Shown in pieces: positions 24,287 through 37,004 of a stretch of 59,245 nt of DNA. The stretch is taken from NCBI RefSeq assembly GCF_006345805.1, contig NW_021833098.1, forward strand, positions 1 to 59,245, written 5' to 3'. The position numbers and the translations under genes are program-made. The stretch is from Octopus sinensis (taxonomy: Eukaryota). Within the stretch, counting starts at the first letter, position 1. Every line of letters starts with the position of its first letter. Under the pieces are notes generated by a model that had not been told where the DNA came from, made no database searches, and was given only the letters and a program-made list of their open reading frames with translations.

Positions 24287-24904
24287 AATTTATTTTCTCG
24301 TGATTGAAAGAAACCGGGAGAATGATTCTTATATATGTCAGATAAAGAAGAAATAGGGAGAAAAAAATAGTGCTGTCTACAACTACAAGGATACCTTAAA
24401 AGGAAAAGAAATGAATTCTATGAAAATATTACGTCATATGCTCTCTCTCTCAGATGAAAAAGCCCTCTCATAAAAGCAATATAAGATTATAAACCCCAAA
24501 GCGGTTCTTTCCCCTTTACAGGGAATCTTCATCCTCTCTTCTATTTAATAGTAAACTCTCGCTCTCTCTCCCTCTCTTATTCTGAAGGCAACCGTAGGTG
24601 GCAGCACTAACAGTCCACAGGCAAAATTTCCCACGTGAAAATATTTATCATTAGTTACCTTTCAGTGGTCATTTATCGCGTGTCTCGGTGATTATTTATC
24701 GTGGTTTTGCTGCATCCCAGGTGAGATTGTCAAAGGCGTCACCATCATATATGAAAACTCATCAAACATTATGCAAAGCACCAAAGAATTACCATCAATG
24801 CCAGAGACTCTTTAGCTCATTTTCAGCGGTGCTCCAGTATGGCCGCAGTCAAATGACTGAAGCAAGTAAAAGAATGCATACATACACACACACACACACA
24901 CACA

Positions 24905-25001
<97 letters not shown>

Positions 25002-25003
<2 letters not shown>

Positions 25004-25170
25004 CCTCCGTCTTCCCTTCTCTGGATCTTTCCTTTTCTATGTTTCTGACGAAGAGCTCCGCTCAAAACGTTAAACCTTCCTTCTTTCTTGAGCGTCCAAT
25101 AATACTCTACTTGTTCCACGTCTTCGCGTTGTTGTTTTCTCTTTGTGTTTTCATGATTGGATTAACTTTA
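25002..25170 (+). mobile_element. solo PLE-terminal fragment, family A, with hammerhead motif
   Basis: Collinear with 36935-37095; gttt-CTGACGA-A-GAGC tcc GCTC-AAAA-CGTT-aaac (25041-25075); embedded in (TA)n on both sides. Confidence 0.8.
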
Positions 25171-25921
25171 TATATATATACATATATATATATCATCGTC
25201 CCAGGAAAAGTAAGTAAAAGAAGTCATTCATGGGATTGTCCGGTCGCTATCGGTTTGTGCTGGTCGCCGTCAAGACGTCAGGTATTCTAGGACCCCGTAC
25301 AACTGATTATCTCTGCAAAATAGGGATAGGGCTAACGGTGACCATTCGGAGAAACGAGCCCCGCTCGGTGGTTTGGCTGCTGCAGAGAATACCACGAGGC
25401 GCGGCTGAACACACCATTTTGCTTTTCTGGAGTGTTTGTAACCCATCGCCCTCTCCCCTCCCAGCTTTATCCACCACCTTTTCTCTTTTCTTTTCTTTCT
25501 TTTTCTTTCTTATCACTCTTCTGCTTTATTTCTTTCTATTTAGATGTTTTAATAAAATAAAGTTTAGAAAGTTAGTGATTGGACATGAAAAAGCATTGCA
25601 ATTAAGGGCTGTTGTCCCGCGCTCTGGCGATTTCTGTTATTTCAGGCGTTCCCTCAGGAATATTGTTAAAGGCTTGCAAAACAGTGGATATTGTCCATAA
25701 TCCTGTTTGACTGAACAAAAATAATTAAATCACTTAGAATTAAATTAATTATATATAATTTTTTTAATAAAGAGAACAATAGAATTTTTATAAACGATGT
25801 TTCTAAATGAAAATAATTAACTAATTAAATTTTGCTAATTTCGTCTAAAGAAATTTGCGCCTGTTTGAGAGTTTGAACAAACACGCGCACGAGATTGTGT
25901 GTGTTTGTGTATAGGTATGTA

Positions 25922-25978
<57 letters not shown>

Positions 25979-26154
25979 GTGCGTGTGTATGAATACATCC
26001 ATGCATTTAAGTATGAAAGTATACACACACACATATATATGTGTGTATGTATATATGTGTATGTATATGTATTCGTGCGTGCATGAATGTATATATGATA
26101 TATGTATGCATCCGTATATAGCTATATGTTTGTTGCACACACACACACATACAT

Positions 26155-26190
<36 letters not shown>

Positions 26191-26365
26191 CATACATGTA
26201 TACATACATACATGCATACACAATGTGTATGTTACATATCTACTCATATGTATATATGTATATATATATATATGCATATACATACACATATACATATACG
26301 TTATATATGTATGTGTATATATGTATATGTATATATATATTATGTGTGTGTGTGTGTACATATGC

Positions 26366-26443
<78 letters not shown>

Positions 26444-26984
26444 CATATAGTTATAGTTATTCATGTATATTTATTTATATATTGTATATTGATAGCTATT
26501 CAATCATAGCTATTCAAAATAATACCATTGAATGAGAAAGCAACAAAATTAACCAAATCCCATTCGTCCCAAAACCAGGAAAAAACTACATTCAACAAAA
26601 TGAAAACTACACACAAAACTTTAACCAGATGCACATACAAATGAAACTTGCAATCTATAAACACACACATCCACACAATATATACACAGAATGCGAAAAC
26701 AAAGGGTCAGTAGAATGTTTCTGTGAACTCCGAAGGGACATTTAAAAGAGAATCACTTTTCATGTGTCCTATGTGCCTGCAATTACAATGCGTTTATAAT
26801 GTACAGGCATATATATATATATTATATATATATATATATATATACATACATATACACAGCCATATTATATACACACACACACACAAACATATATATATAT
26901 ATATATATAATATATATATATATATATACAGCCACTCCTGTACGTGTACACATACACAATATATATATATGTGTGTGTGTATAC

Positions 26985-27102
26985 GTACAGGAGTGACTGT
27001 GTGGTATGAAGCATGTTTCCCAACCGTAGGGTTCTGGGTTCAGTCCCACTGTGTGGTGCCATGGGCAAGTGTATTTTACTCTAGCTTCGGGCCGACCAAA
27101 AC

Positions 27103-27103
<1 letters not shown>
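26985..27103 (+). mobile_element. SINE family A, head fragment
   Basis: CAGGAGTGACTGTGTGGTATGAAGC ... GGGTTCAGTCCCACTG ... TGGGCAAGTG. Confidence 0.8.
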
Positions 27104-27143
<40 letters not shown>

Positions 27144-27190
27144 CATTATATATATATATATATTTATACATACATAAATACATACATACT

Positions 27191-27243
<53 letters not shown>

Positions 27244-27261
27244 TACAATTTTTTTAATTAT

Positions 27262-27870
27262 TTACATTTGATGAATATTTGTCCTGAACTTGATCTACCA
27301 TCACTCATAAGACTTGCCAGTTTTTCCGAGTAGTCAGACTTGTTCATCACCACTGTAGCATTTCCTTTGTCCACCGGAAGTATTATGATGGAATTGTCAC
27401 TCTGTAGTCTTTCGATGGCGAACTTTTCTTCCTTGGTGATATTTGGTTTAGGAAGTTTCGCTTTTTCTAGTACCTGTCTCACTTTCCACCTTAATTCAAC
27501 TCCTTGTGCCTTTGGTATCTTTACGGCCATCACTTCAATTGGGGATATTATGTCCAAGTTTGGTGTGCGCTTGATGGTTGTCGCAAAGTTGAGACCTTTG
27601 TTCAGTACTGCTTCTTCAGAGCTTTCTAGATGTCGGCTACTTTTAATTACTGCTTTCATATGTGGGTGACGACCTTCAGTCTTCATTCTATGATCTTTGA
27701 GTTTCATAAACTTCTTAATCTGGCGTGTCTTCACCATTTCAAATTCTTTCCTGTACAACTTTTCTAGATCTTGTTGGATACACTTTCTATCCTCATCTCT
27801 GGTTATTTTCTGTCAAATATAAATAATGTAAATAATGTACATAATTCCTCGTCTCTTAAATATAGAACTG
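27262..27870 (-). pseudogene. Penelope-like element (Penelope/Poseidon type), N-terminal RT fragment
   Basis: VKTRQIKKF..L...VLNKGLNFA...PNITKEEKFAIERLQSDNSIIILPVDKGNATVVMNKSDY matches the PLE L.KGLNF and I.I.PADKG..TVVM...DY motifs. Confidence 0.85.
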
Positions 27871-28105
27871 TTGTTTTCTTCTGCTCTAATGCTGCGTTCG
27901 CATCCGATCAGTCCTCTACCCCACTTTTTCTTGGTACATACAATCTGTCTGTGTCACTTTTTGGGTGGAGCATCCCATATCTAGTCAGCAACATCCTTGT
28001 CTTTCTGTCTAAGCTGTTTAGTTCGTCTACTGTCCATGCGATTACCCCTGCTCGATATCTAAGTAGTGAAACCACCCAGGTGTTGATAGCTTCAATCTTA
28101 TTGCG
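27870..28105 (-). pseudogene. R4/Dong-type non-LTR retrotransposon RT fragment
   Basis: NKIEAINTWVVSLLRYRAGVIAWTVDELNSLDRKTRMLLTRYGMLHPKSDTDRLYVPRKSG, then after a frameshift RGLIGCERSIRAEENN; HP.SD..RLY.PRK.GGRGL is characteristic of this group. Confidence 0.8.
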
Positions 28106-28163
28106 ATTATTATTGTTGCTGCTGCTGCTGCTACTGCTGCTGCTGCTGCTGCTACTACTACTA

Positions 28164-28226
<63 letters not shown>

Positions 28227-28236
28227 TTACTACTGC

Positions 28237-28712
28237 TGCACCTCGAAAGAGTCCAGAGGCTGGCTACCCGCATGGTTCATGGTCTCAAAAATTTGTCCTA
28301 CGAAGAAAGGCTGAGGACGCTCGACCTTTATTCTCTTGAAAAACGCCGCCGCCGTGGTGATCTCATTCTCGCCCATAACATCATAAGCGGGAAGTGTAAC
28401 CTCTCGAAAGAGCTGGTCTTCACTCCTGCTCCGGAGCGTCGGCTGCGGGGTCATTCCGAAAAGCTCTACCTGCGACGATTTCATCTCAATCGAAGGAGAG
28501 GAGCTTTCTCCGTCCGAGTTGCGGATCCGTGGAACAAGCTGCCAGACGAGATGGTGAAGATGCCGACGACCGCTTTGTTCAAAGCCTCCCTGGACCTCAA
28601 GTGGCCTGAACTCTTTACATGAACACCACCCTGTACTTAACTCCATGTCCCCCTACATGGCCTTGCTATTTGCTTTTGAGCCAAATTAACTAACTAACTA
28701 ACTAACTAACTA
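28237..28712 (+). mobile_element. CR1-type LINE 3' end with (TAAC)n tail
   Basis: LERVQRLATRMVHGLKNLSYEERLRTLDLYSLEKRRRRGDLI...RGHSEKL...FSVRVADPWNKLP...FKASLD; short 3' UTR then (TAAC)5. Confidence 0.92.
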
Positions 28713-28725
28713 CTACTACTACTAC

Positions 28726-28767
<42 letters not shown>

Positions 28768-28768
<1 letters not shown>

Positions 28769-28915
28769 GGAGGCGAGGCGGCAGAATTTTTACCACTAAA
28801 TACAAATCTTCCGGCTCTTTACGTTCTGAGCTCAAATGCCGGCAAAGTCGATTTTGCCATTCTGCCTTTCGAGTCGATATAACCCAACACTTTCATGCCT
28901 TGTGTCCATCGCAAA
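28768..28915 (+). mobile_element. SINE family B, degenerate
   Basis: GGCGAGGCGGCAGAATT ... TACGTTCTGAGCTCAAATGCC ... GTCGATTTTGCCATTCTGCCTTTCGAGTCGAT. Confidence 0.7.
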
Positions 28916-29304
28916 AAAGAAAAAGAATAATCCATCCTTTATCGTGTCTATTTACTGCTATCATTCCACTTCTTTTTCCGTCGGCCATTATTTTCCCCTG
29001 ACTTTGTTTTCTTTAAAAAATAATCCTGGTAAAACATCAACAGACTAAGCCGTTTCTAACACGGATGATCCATTTAATCCCCTACTCACAATCTGACTTC
29101 TTTCGAAAACAGACAGTCTAAAGATAGCGTAGTCTAAATATAGCGAAGAAACATTGATTGATTGTATCAAATAGTTTGTATCAGAAACGTAGTGAGATTT
29201 TTCTACCACAAAAAAATAACAAAAAATTAAACGATGTTCAATTTATTTTCTTCCGTCCTTCTGTGAGCACAAGTGTTTGTGGGGGTGTGTAATATTGATT
29301 TCAA

Positions 29305-29500
29305 ATTCTGGCACAAGGCCAGTAATTTCGAGAAAAGGGGTAAATCGATTTCATGGACCCCAGTGTTCAACTGGTAGTTATTTTTATCGACTCCTTAAGG
29401 ATGACGGGCAAAGTCGACCTCAGTGGAGTTTGAACACTGAATATAAAGACGGACGAAATGCCACTAAGCATTTTTCTCGGCGTGCAGACGATTCTGTCAG
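29305..29500 (-). mobile_element. SINE family B
   Basis: GGCACAAGGCCAGTAATTT ... GGCAAAGTCGACCTC ... GACGGACGAAATGCCACTAAGCATTT. Confidence 0.8.
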
Positions 29501-29928
29501 CATTGCGTGCGTCTGTGCGTGCGTGTGTGTATATGTGTGTGTGTGTGTGCGTGCGCGCGCGCGTGTGTGTGTGTGTGTAATATTTTTTTACCGCTAATGG
29601 TTGCTCAATTCGAAGTACTGCAGATACTGACATAACATATGTATGAATGTATGTATGTATGTATGTATGTATGTATGTATGTATGTATGTATGCATGTGT
29701 GTATGTATGTTATGTCAGGTCACTTTCGAGTGCTACTGGTAACATGTAACCCAGAACAACCTGTTGCATGGTCGGGTCGTCGGCGACTAAACCGGCAACC
29801 CCACCAAGCTGCGGGATGAAGAACAAAACCCGTCAAAGGGCGGAGGAATTCGTGAGAGTCAACGGCCATCCAATAAATGTCTTAAAGCTGTATCATGCGC
29901 AGGGACATAGAAATGTCATCGCAGTCGT

Positions 29929-30054
29929 CATCATCGCCGTCCTCGACGTCATCGCCGTCCTCGACGTCATCGCCGTCCTCGACGTCATCGCCGTCCTCGA
30001 CGTCATCGCCGTCCTCGACGTCATCGCCGTCCTCGACGTCATCGCCGTCGTCAT
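29929..30054. repeat. 18-bp minisatellite (TCATCGCCGTCCTCGACG) x about 6.5
   Basis: Exact tandem copies read directly. Confidence 0.95.
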
Positions 30055-31302
30055 TGTCACCGAGAGGGCTTTATTATGTATCCAACAATTTATCACAGTT
30101 TCTTATTTGCCGAACGCTTCCTTGTGGTGATGGCTCTGGAGATCAATTCTTGCACTGAAGAGTCGATTGCATTGACTACATGGTAAAATCCACCGTCTTC
30201 GATAGTCAGGACATGTAGTACGAATGGAAAAATCACGGTTCCGATGCTAATTCTTCAGCAGTGTGCTCACTTCAGAGAAAATACCACGGGGCTGTCCTCT
30301 TCGAACATAAAAAGAATAACTCAAAACAATACTGAAAGCCACTGGGCCTGAGTCTAAATTGTTTGAAACACAAACCCGAGACTGTACCAAGTGGCAGTGT
30401 TCCATCACTATCGGAACCAAAATCTTCGAAGCCACAAAAAGAGAAAAGGAAGTGTAGAGGTAGATAGATAGTGGAATGATCTCCCTTGCAAGAAAGATCA
30501 TAGAGTAACCTCCCTTTTCTAAGTTTCTCGAAGCCTCTGTGTTATGAGACGTGATTCTTAGTTATTGCAGAAGCTTAGCGATTGTTTTGGAAGTTTCTAG
30601 AATGTCTAGCGTTAATAAAAACAGCTTGCCTGCTCTGCTCTTTGCTTCACGGCATTGCTATGTCCGCCTATTTCTCTACGCCACATGACTGAAAACCACT
30701 ACTAAGTTGTTATTTCTACATTTTCTATCTCTGAAATTTCTTGCATAGATTACTTCATTCAACTAGATTCTACATTTCGATTCTATGTATCATCATCGAC
30801 CAGTAAATAAGATATATATTTTATGTTGTAAGTATATAGATCTTGAATTTATTCTTTCATCTCTTAATGAACTATCGTATTAAGATACACGCAGCCACAT
30901 CAACACATTGTACTGACTATATATTCTACTACAGAAGAAATCAAACTATAGGAGAGAGAAAAACTCGACAAAATCAACCTCGTCCTCCACCAAAATTATC
31001 ATGCACTCAATGCCATCGCGTACGTATAATCACTAGAATTTAAGAAACAGAACTGTTTTAGTGACCTGTGTTCGAAAACTGAATTTCTATATAAAGGGAA
31101 TAAACGCTGGGAATGTTACAGTTGTATGAAATCTGAACCAAAGAGCTGAGTGTTTCCAAAATTTAAATGTCACAAGAGTTCATTCTTCGAGACTTTCATA
31201 ATGTGTGTTGTTTTCTTAATAAGAAATTGTATTTCAAATTAATGATGTTAAATCTGTGTTTCATTTAATATACAAGTTAATTCAAGTAGAATTATTATGT
31301 TT

Positions 31303-31367
<65 letters not shown>

Positions 31368-31668
31368 CAACCTTATTGTTTAATTAATGTTTTGTTTTTA
31401 CCTCCGTACAAAAGATTTCTAATTAGATTTTTTGTTACTCTCTGGCTGTGTGGGTGCAAGCATGGCCGTGTAGTTAAGAAAAGGTCGCCTTCAAAACAGT
31501 GTTGATTCGGGTTCAGTCCCACTGTCCAACAGCTTTGGCAAGTATCTTCTAGAACTCCGGGTAGACTTATAATTTGTGAATGAATTTGGTTCAGTGAAAC
31601 TGTGTGGAAGCCTTTCGTACACACACATAAACAGACACTCAAATAAATATATACATATATGTATATAT

Positions 31669-32091
31669 ACTCTTACTCTTTTACTCTTTTACTTGTTTCA
31701 CTCATTTGACTGCGGCCATGCTGGAGCACCGCCTTTAGTCGAACAAATCGACCCCAGGACGTATTCTCTCTGTAAGCCTAGTACTTAGCCTATCGGTCTA
31801 TTTTGCCGAACCGCTAAGTTACGAGGACATAAACACACCAGCATCGGTTGTCAGGCGATGTTGGGGGGACAAACACAGACACACAAACATATACACACAC
31901 ATACATATATATATATATACATATATACGACGGGCTTCTTCCAGTTTCCGTCTGCCAAATCCATTCACAAGGCTTTGGTCGGCCCGAGGCAATAGTAGAA
32001 GGCATTTACCCAAGATGCCACGCAGTGGGTCTGAACCCAGAACCATGTGGTTGGTAAGCAAGCTACTTACCACACAGCCACTTCTGCGCCT
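31669..32091 (-). mobile_element. SINE family A, full length
   Basis: Complete head-to-tail match with 7131-7542 and 56313-56747. Confidence 0.92.
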
Positions 32092-34174
32092 CGAGACTCG
32101 GGCGGACGTCAACCTGTTCCTGCGCCGCCTCAAACTTTGCGCATACTACCACGCGTCCCCGCAGCGTCACAATAATCAGGATTGCCTTTTGGAGCTGGGG
32201 CGTCGTCCATCCATCTGGACGCCGCCCCAGGCCTTTTCAGTAGCCTAGATTCGTTTGTACATGACTGCAACGCTTTGGTCCACCGTTTCAACTTTGAACC
32301 AAGACCCCGCCGAGCCAACCTCACTCGGGCCGAATCCATTGCCCTTCGCCACCTCCGCCGTCGTGATGACATTGTCATCAAACCGGCGGACAAAGGCGGG
32401 GCAGTGGTAGTGTGGCGCGCGGACCTATACAGGGAGGAAGCGCTCAACCAGCTTCAAAATCCCCTCTTCTATCGCCTCCTCCCCTCCGATCCCACCTCCT
32501 CCTACCAACAGCAAGTGTCCTCCACCATCCGCGACCTCATCTCCTCCTCCGCTCTCCCCCTCACCGCCACCAACCTCATCGTCCGCACACCCCGCACCTC
32601 CACCATCTACTTCCTTCCCAAGCTCCATAAACCCTCTAACCCTGGCCGTCCCATAGTCTCTGCCTGTAATTGCCCCACTGAACTCATCTCCCTATACCTC
32701 GACCGCATCCTGTCCCCCTTAGTCGCAGCCCTCCCATCCCACATACACGACACCAACCACGCCCTCCGTCTCTTCAATTCCTTTTCCTTCCCTTCCAGCC
32801 CCTCACACCTCCTCTTCACTTTAGATGTAAAATCCCTGTACACAGTGATTCCCCACAATGACGGTCTCCTAGCCCTCCAACACTTCCTCGACCGTCGTCC
32901 CGACCCCACCCCCAGCACCCCCACCCTTCTCCGTTTGGCTGAGCCCGTCCTCACCCTCAATTGCTTCACGTTCGCGGGGGAAACGTACCAACAGGTGTCC
33001 GGGGTCGCGATGGGAACTAGGATGGGCCCCAATTTCGCCAATCTCTTTCTTGGCTACATTGAGGCCCAAGTGTTCTTCCAGTTCTCTGGGCCGACCCCCG
33101 AACTATACGGTCGCTATATCAACGACTGCGTAGGTGCCACCCCCCTTTCCCGTGAACTTCTCTGCCAATTCATCTCTTTCCTATCCAACTTTCACCCCTC
33201 TCTTCAATTCTCCTCCACCATCTCCAACATCTCTGTCAACTTCCTTGACATCTCTCTCCGCATCGATCACCCCTCCAACTCTCTCACCACCACCGCCTTC
33301 TTTAAACCTACGGATTCCCACCTCTATCTCAACTTCTCTTCCTCCCACCCCTTCCACACCAAACGAGCCATCCCCTACTCCCAGTTCCTCCGCCTCCGAC
33401 GTTTGTGCAGCCGCGACCAGGATTTCGAGACCCAATCTCAATACCTGGCCCGCATGTTCAGACTCCGAGGTTACCCACCCATACTCCTCTCTGATGCCCT
33501 CACCCGCGCCCGTCGCATCGACCGCAATACCGCCCTGTCTCCTTCCCCCGCCAACCCCCCAACCGCACCCCCTTCCCCCTCCTTTTCCACACCTCTACCC
33601 TACCCCTTCGTCGCAAGATACTACGTGCCTTCCGTCGCCTCCAGCTTGATCCCACCTCCCGCCCCGTTTTCCCTAACCCACCCCTGTCCTCTTTCAAACG
33701 AGCCCGCAATCTGCGTGACCTCCTGGTCCACAGCACCCTCTCTCCTTCCCCCTCAGCCCCACACGGATCATTCCCTTGCTCTAGATCCCGCTGCAACACT
33801 TGCCCCTTCATCACCAACACCACCGCTGTCACCGGCTCCAACCAGCAACTGTACGCATTAGGCACTCTTTTACGTGCACCTCGTCTGGCCTTATTTACTG
33901 CATTAAATGCAACCTATGCGGGATGCTGTATGTAGGACAGACGGGACGCCGGTTGTCCGACCGTTTCACTGAACACTTGAGGGACGTTCGCCTACACTCT
34001 TTTTCTCCGTCGCACGCCACTTCCGCTCGGCCGGCCATTCCCTAGATGACATCTCAGTGTTTGGTCCCCCCCCACAATGGTCGCCCACTTTCCAGGCTCC
34101 ACTTGGAGCAACGCTACATCTTCACCCTACAAACTACCACCCCACACGGACTTAACACAGCCCCCTCCTCTTGA
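32092..34174 (+). pseudogene. PLE reverse transcriptase + GIY-YIG endonuclease, disrupted
   Basis: DIVIKPADKGGAVVVW, LPKLHKP..PGRPIVS, TLDVKSLYTVIP, GVAMGTRMGP, RYINDC (YIDD with D to N at 33121), FKRARNLRDLLVHS, CSRSRCNTC, LIYCIKC..C..LYVGQTGR.L..RF.EH; frameshifts near 32230, 33560, 33850 and 34000. Confidence 0.93.
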
Positions 34175-36969
34175 GATCCCCTTCTTTTTTTTTTCCGGAT
34201 ACACCACCCACAAACACCCACCCACCTACCTCCCACACGCCTGTTCACACACACACATACGTAGACCCATCTACGTACATACATTCACACATTTAATCAC
34301 ACACACTTATAGACATACATGCACACACTAACATACAAACCAACATGCACATACACACACACATACATACATACACACACACATACATACTTACACACAC
34401 ACACACACACAGACATACATACACACATACATACACACATACATACGCACATACATACACACACACACTCACACACACACACCGCACGTACAAACTTCAC
34501 ACACACACACATGCACACATACATGTAGGCACACACATACATACATACCCACACATGCACACCCTTACACTGAATGCACACACACATACACCTTTTTGCA
34601 TCCAGGCAGCCCCCCTCTTTTCTGCTTTCCGGTTTTGGCTGATGGATCCTCGGTTCCCGCGAAGCGGGGCGTTCGAGGGCCTTTGCGCTCGCGCGCCTTG
34701 GCGCGCGCTGGGGGCTTGGTCGGCCCCTTGGGCTTGCGTTGTACTGCTTGCGCGTTGTGTGCGTGAGCGCGCTTCGTGTGTGTGGGCTTGCTTCGGATGT
34801 GCGCGTGCATATGTATGCATACATACCCACACACTCGCATGCATCCCTACCCACATACATACACGCACACCTACTCACACACACACATACACACACACAC
34901 ACATACCCGCACACACACACATACATACATACACACACATACCTACTTCAGACATACACACACACAGACATACACCCATACACTCACACTCACACGCATA
35001 CACACACACATACACACGCACACGTACACATACACACACACACACCTACATACATACATTACACTTGTACACACACACACTTACATTCATACACACACAC
35101 ACCTACACAGCCATACCCTCACTCAGACACACATACCTACCTACACACACAACAAACACACACAGACACACACCCATACATACATACATCTACACACACA
35201 CGCCTACACACATACATACACATACATAAACACACACACATACACATACACACACATACGCACACACACATATACTTATACACATGCACACACACCACCA
35301 TACATACATACACCCATACACATACACACACCACATACCTACATACTCCTATACGCACATACATACACACAGACATAACACATACACACACACTCACACA
35401 ACATACACACACACATACTTACACACACACTCACCTGCACGCGCACACACATGCATGACAAACACCCATACACTCACACTCACACATACGCACACACCAA
35501 CATATAAACACGCACACGCACACACACACCTACACTCCCACACACATACACACGCACCTACATACACACACGCACGCATACACACGCACACACGCATACA
35601 CACATACATTACACACGTACACACACACCTACATACACATGCATACACACACACACACAAACATGCACGGACACACCCAGACATTATACAACCACCTATA
35701 TACACCACGCCACACACCTACATACACACACATATACAACACGCCCACACACCTACATACACACACATACATACACACACATACACGGACACACCCATAC
35801 ATACTTACATACATACACCTATACACACACGCCACAGACCTACATACACACACATGCATACACACACACACATGTACGCACATACACACACATATACGCA
35901 CATACATATATACCCACACACATGCACACCACACACATACGCACATGCATGCATGCATGCACACGCGCACACCTACACGCATACACACCACACACACGCA
36001 CGTACACAAACATACATACAACACACACAATACATACACACTCACATACATGCATCCTACACACAATACCTACCACCACTCACACATACATACCCACACA
36101 CACCCACTCACTCACACACCTGTATGTACGCGCACACACATATATACACACATACTCACATACATTTCATCGGATACACTGACACCCAGACATACACACA
36201 GACACACTCACACATCCACACACATACACACTTACGCGCATACTCGCAGGCGCGCGCACACACGCGCTTGCGCCGGTTCGCGCACGCATACGCGCCGCAT
36301 GCACCTCGCTCTTGGACCCGACGAGACCTCCCGCTCGTTCCTGGGACCGTCGCTTGTCGTTGGGTTTTCCCACGCCCGTCTCCGCGGGACCACTCTTCCA
36401 TCTTCCCCTCAGCTGGAGTCCTTTTTCCTTAACCCCCCCTTTTTTGTTACACACACGCGCACACATATACACACATTGCTTAAATATATACATTACTCTT
36501 ACACACATTCAATCTACTCGCCATTAATACCCACGACACTGGACACACACACACTACTACTCAACACACGCTGGCACGCTACATACGCCCCCACCCTTCC
36601 CCTCCCTCCCTTCCTCCTTCCTTCTTTTTCTTACTACTGACCAGTGTCTGCTATGCCTACCACTGTCTCGCCCTACCTCACACGCCTACACACAGACGCA
36701 CACACTAACACATACATATATTTTTGTTTTTTTTATCTCGCCTCACACACACACATACACACACACACGCCACACACTCACACATACACACACATCTGTT
36801 GCGTTACCAACCTTGTCTCCACTCTTTTGCCTTTAAAAACCTACTTTGCTCTTGTTATCGTAAACTTCCGCCTTTAACCATGTGTAACTCGTAAACACCA
36901 GTCGTTTTTTTTTCTCTATCCCCTGTTGCCCGCTTTGGGATCTTTCTTTCCTCTCTCTTCCTTCTTTAT

Positions 36970-37004
36970 GTTTCCGACGAAGAGCTCCGCTCGAAACGTC
37001 ATAC
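36970..37004 (+). ncRNA. minimal type-I hammerhead ribozyme motif (U4C core variant)
   Basis: gttt-CCGACGA-A-GAGC tcc GCTC-GAAA-CGTC^atac; palindromic ACGT helix III as described for PLE hammerheads; predicted cut after 37000. Confidence 0.75.

Noticed and set aside
29715-29900. Structured segment ending GGCGACTAAACCGGCAAC, suggestive of an HDV-like or twister ribozyme in a retroelement 5' UTR
   Set aside because: CTGGT/ACCGG and GTCG/CGAC can pair, but I could not fit P3/L3/P1.1 or twister core motifs.
32182-33861. 559-aa ORF as an active reverse transcriptase gene
   Set aside because: Catalytic YIDD is YIND, the true N-terminus is in another frame, and the C-terminal part is out of frame.
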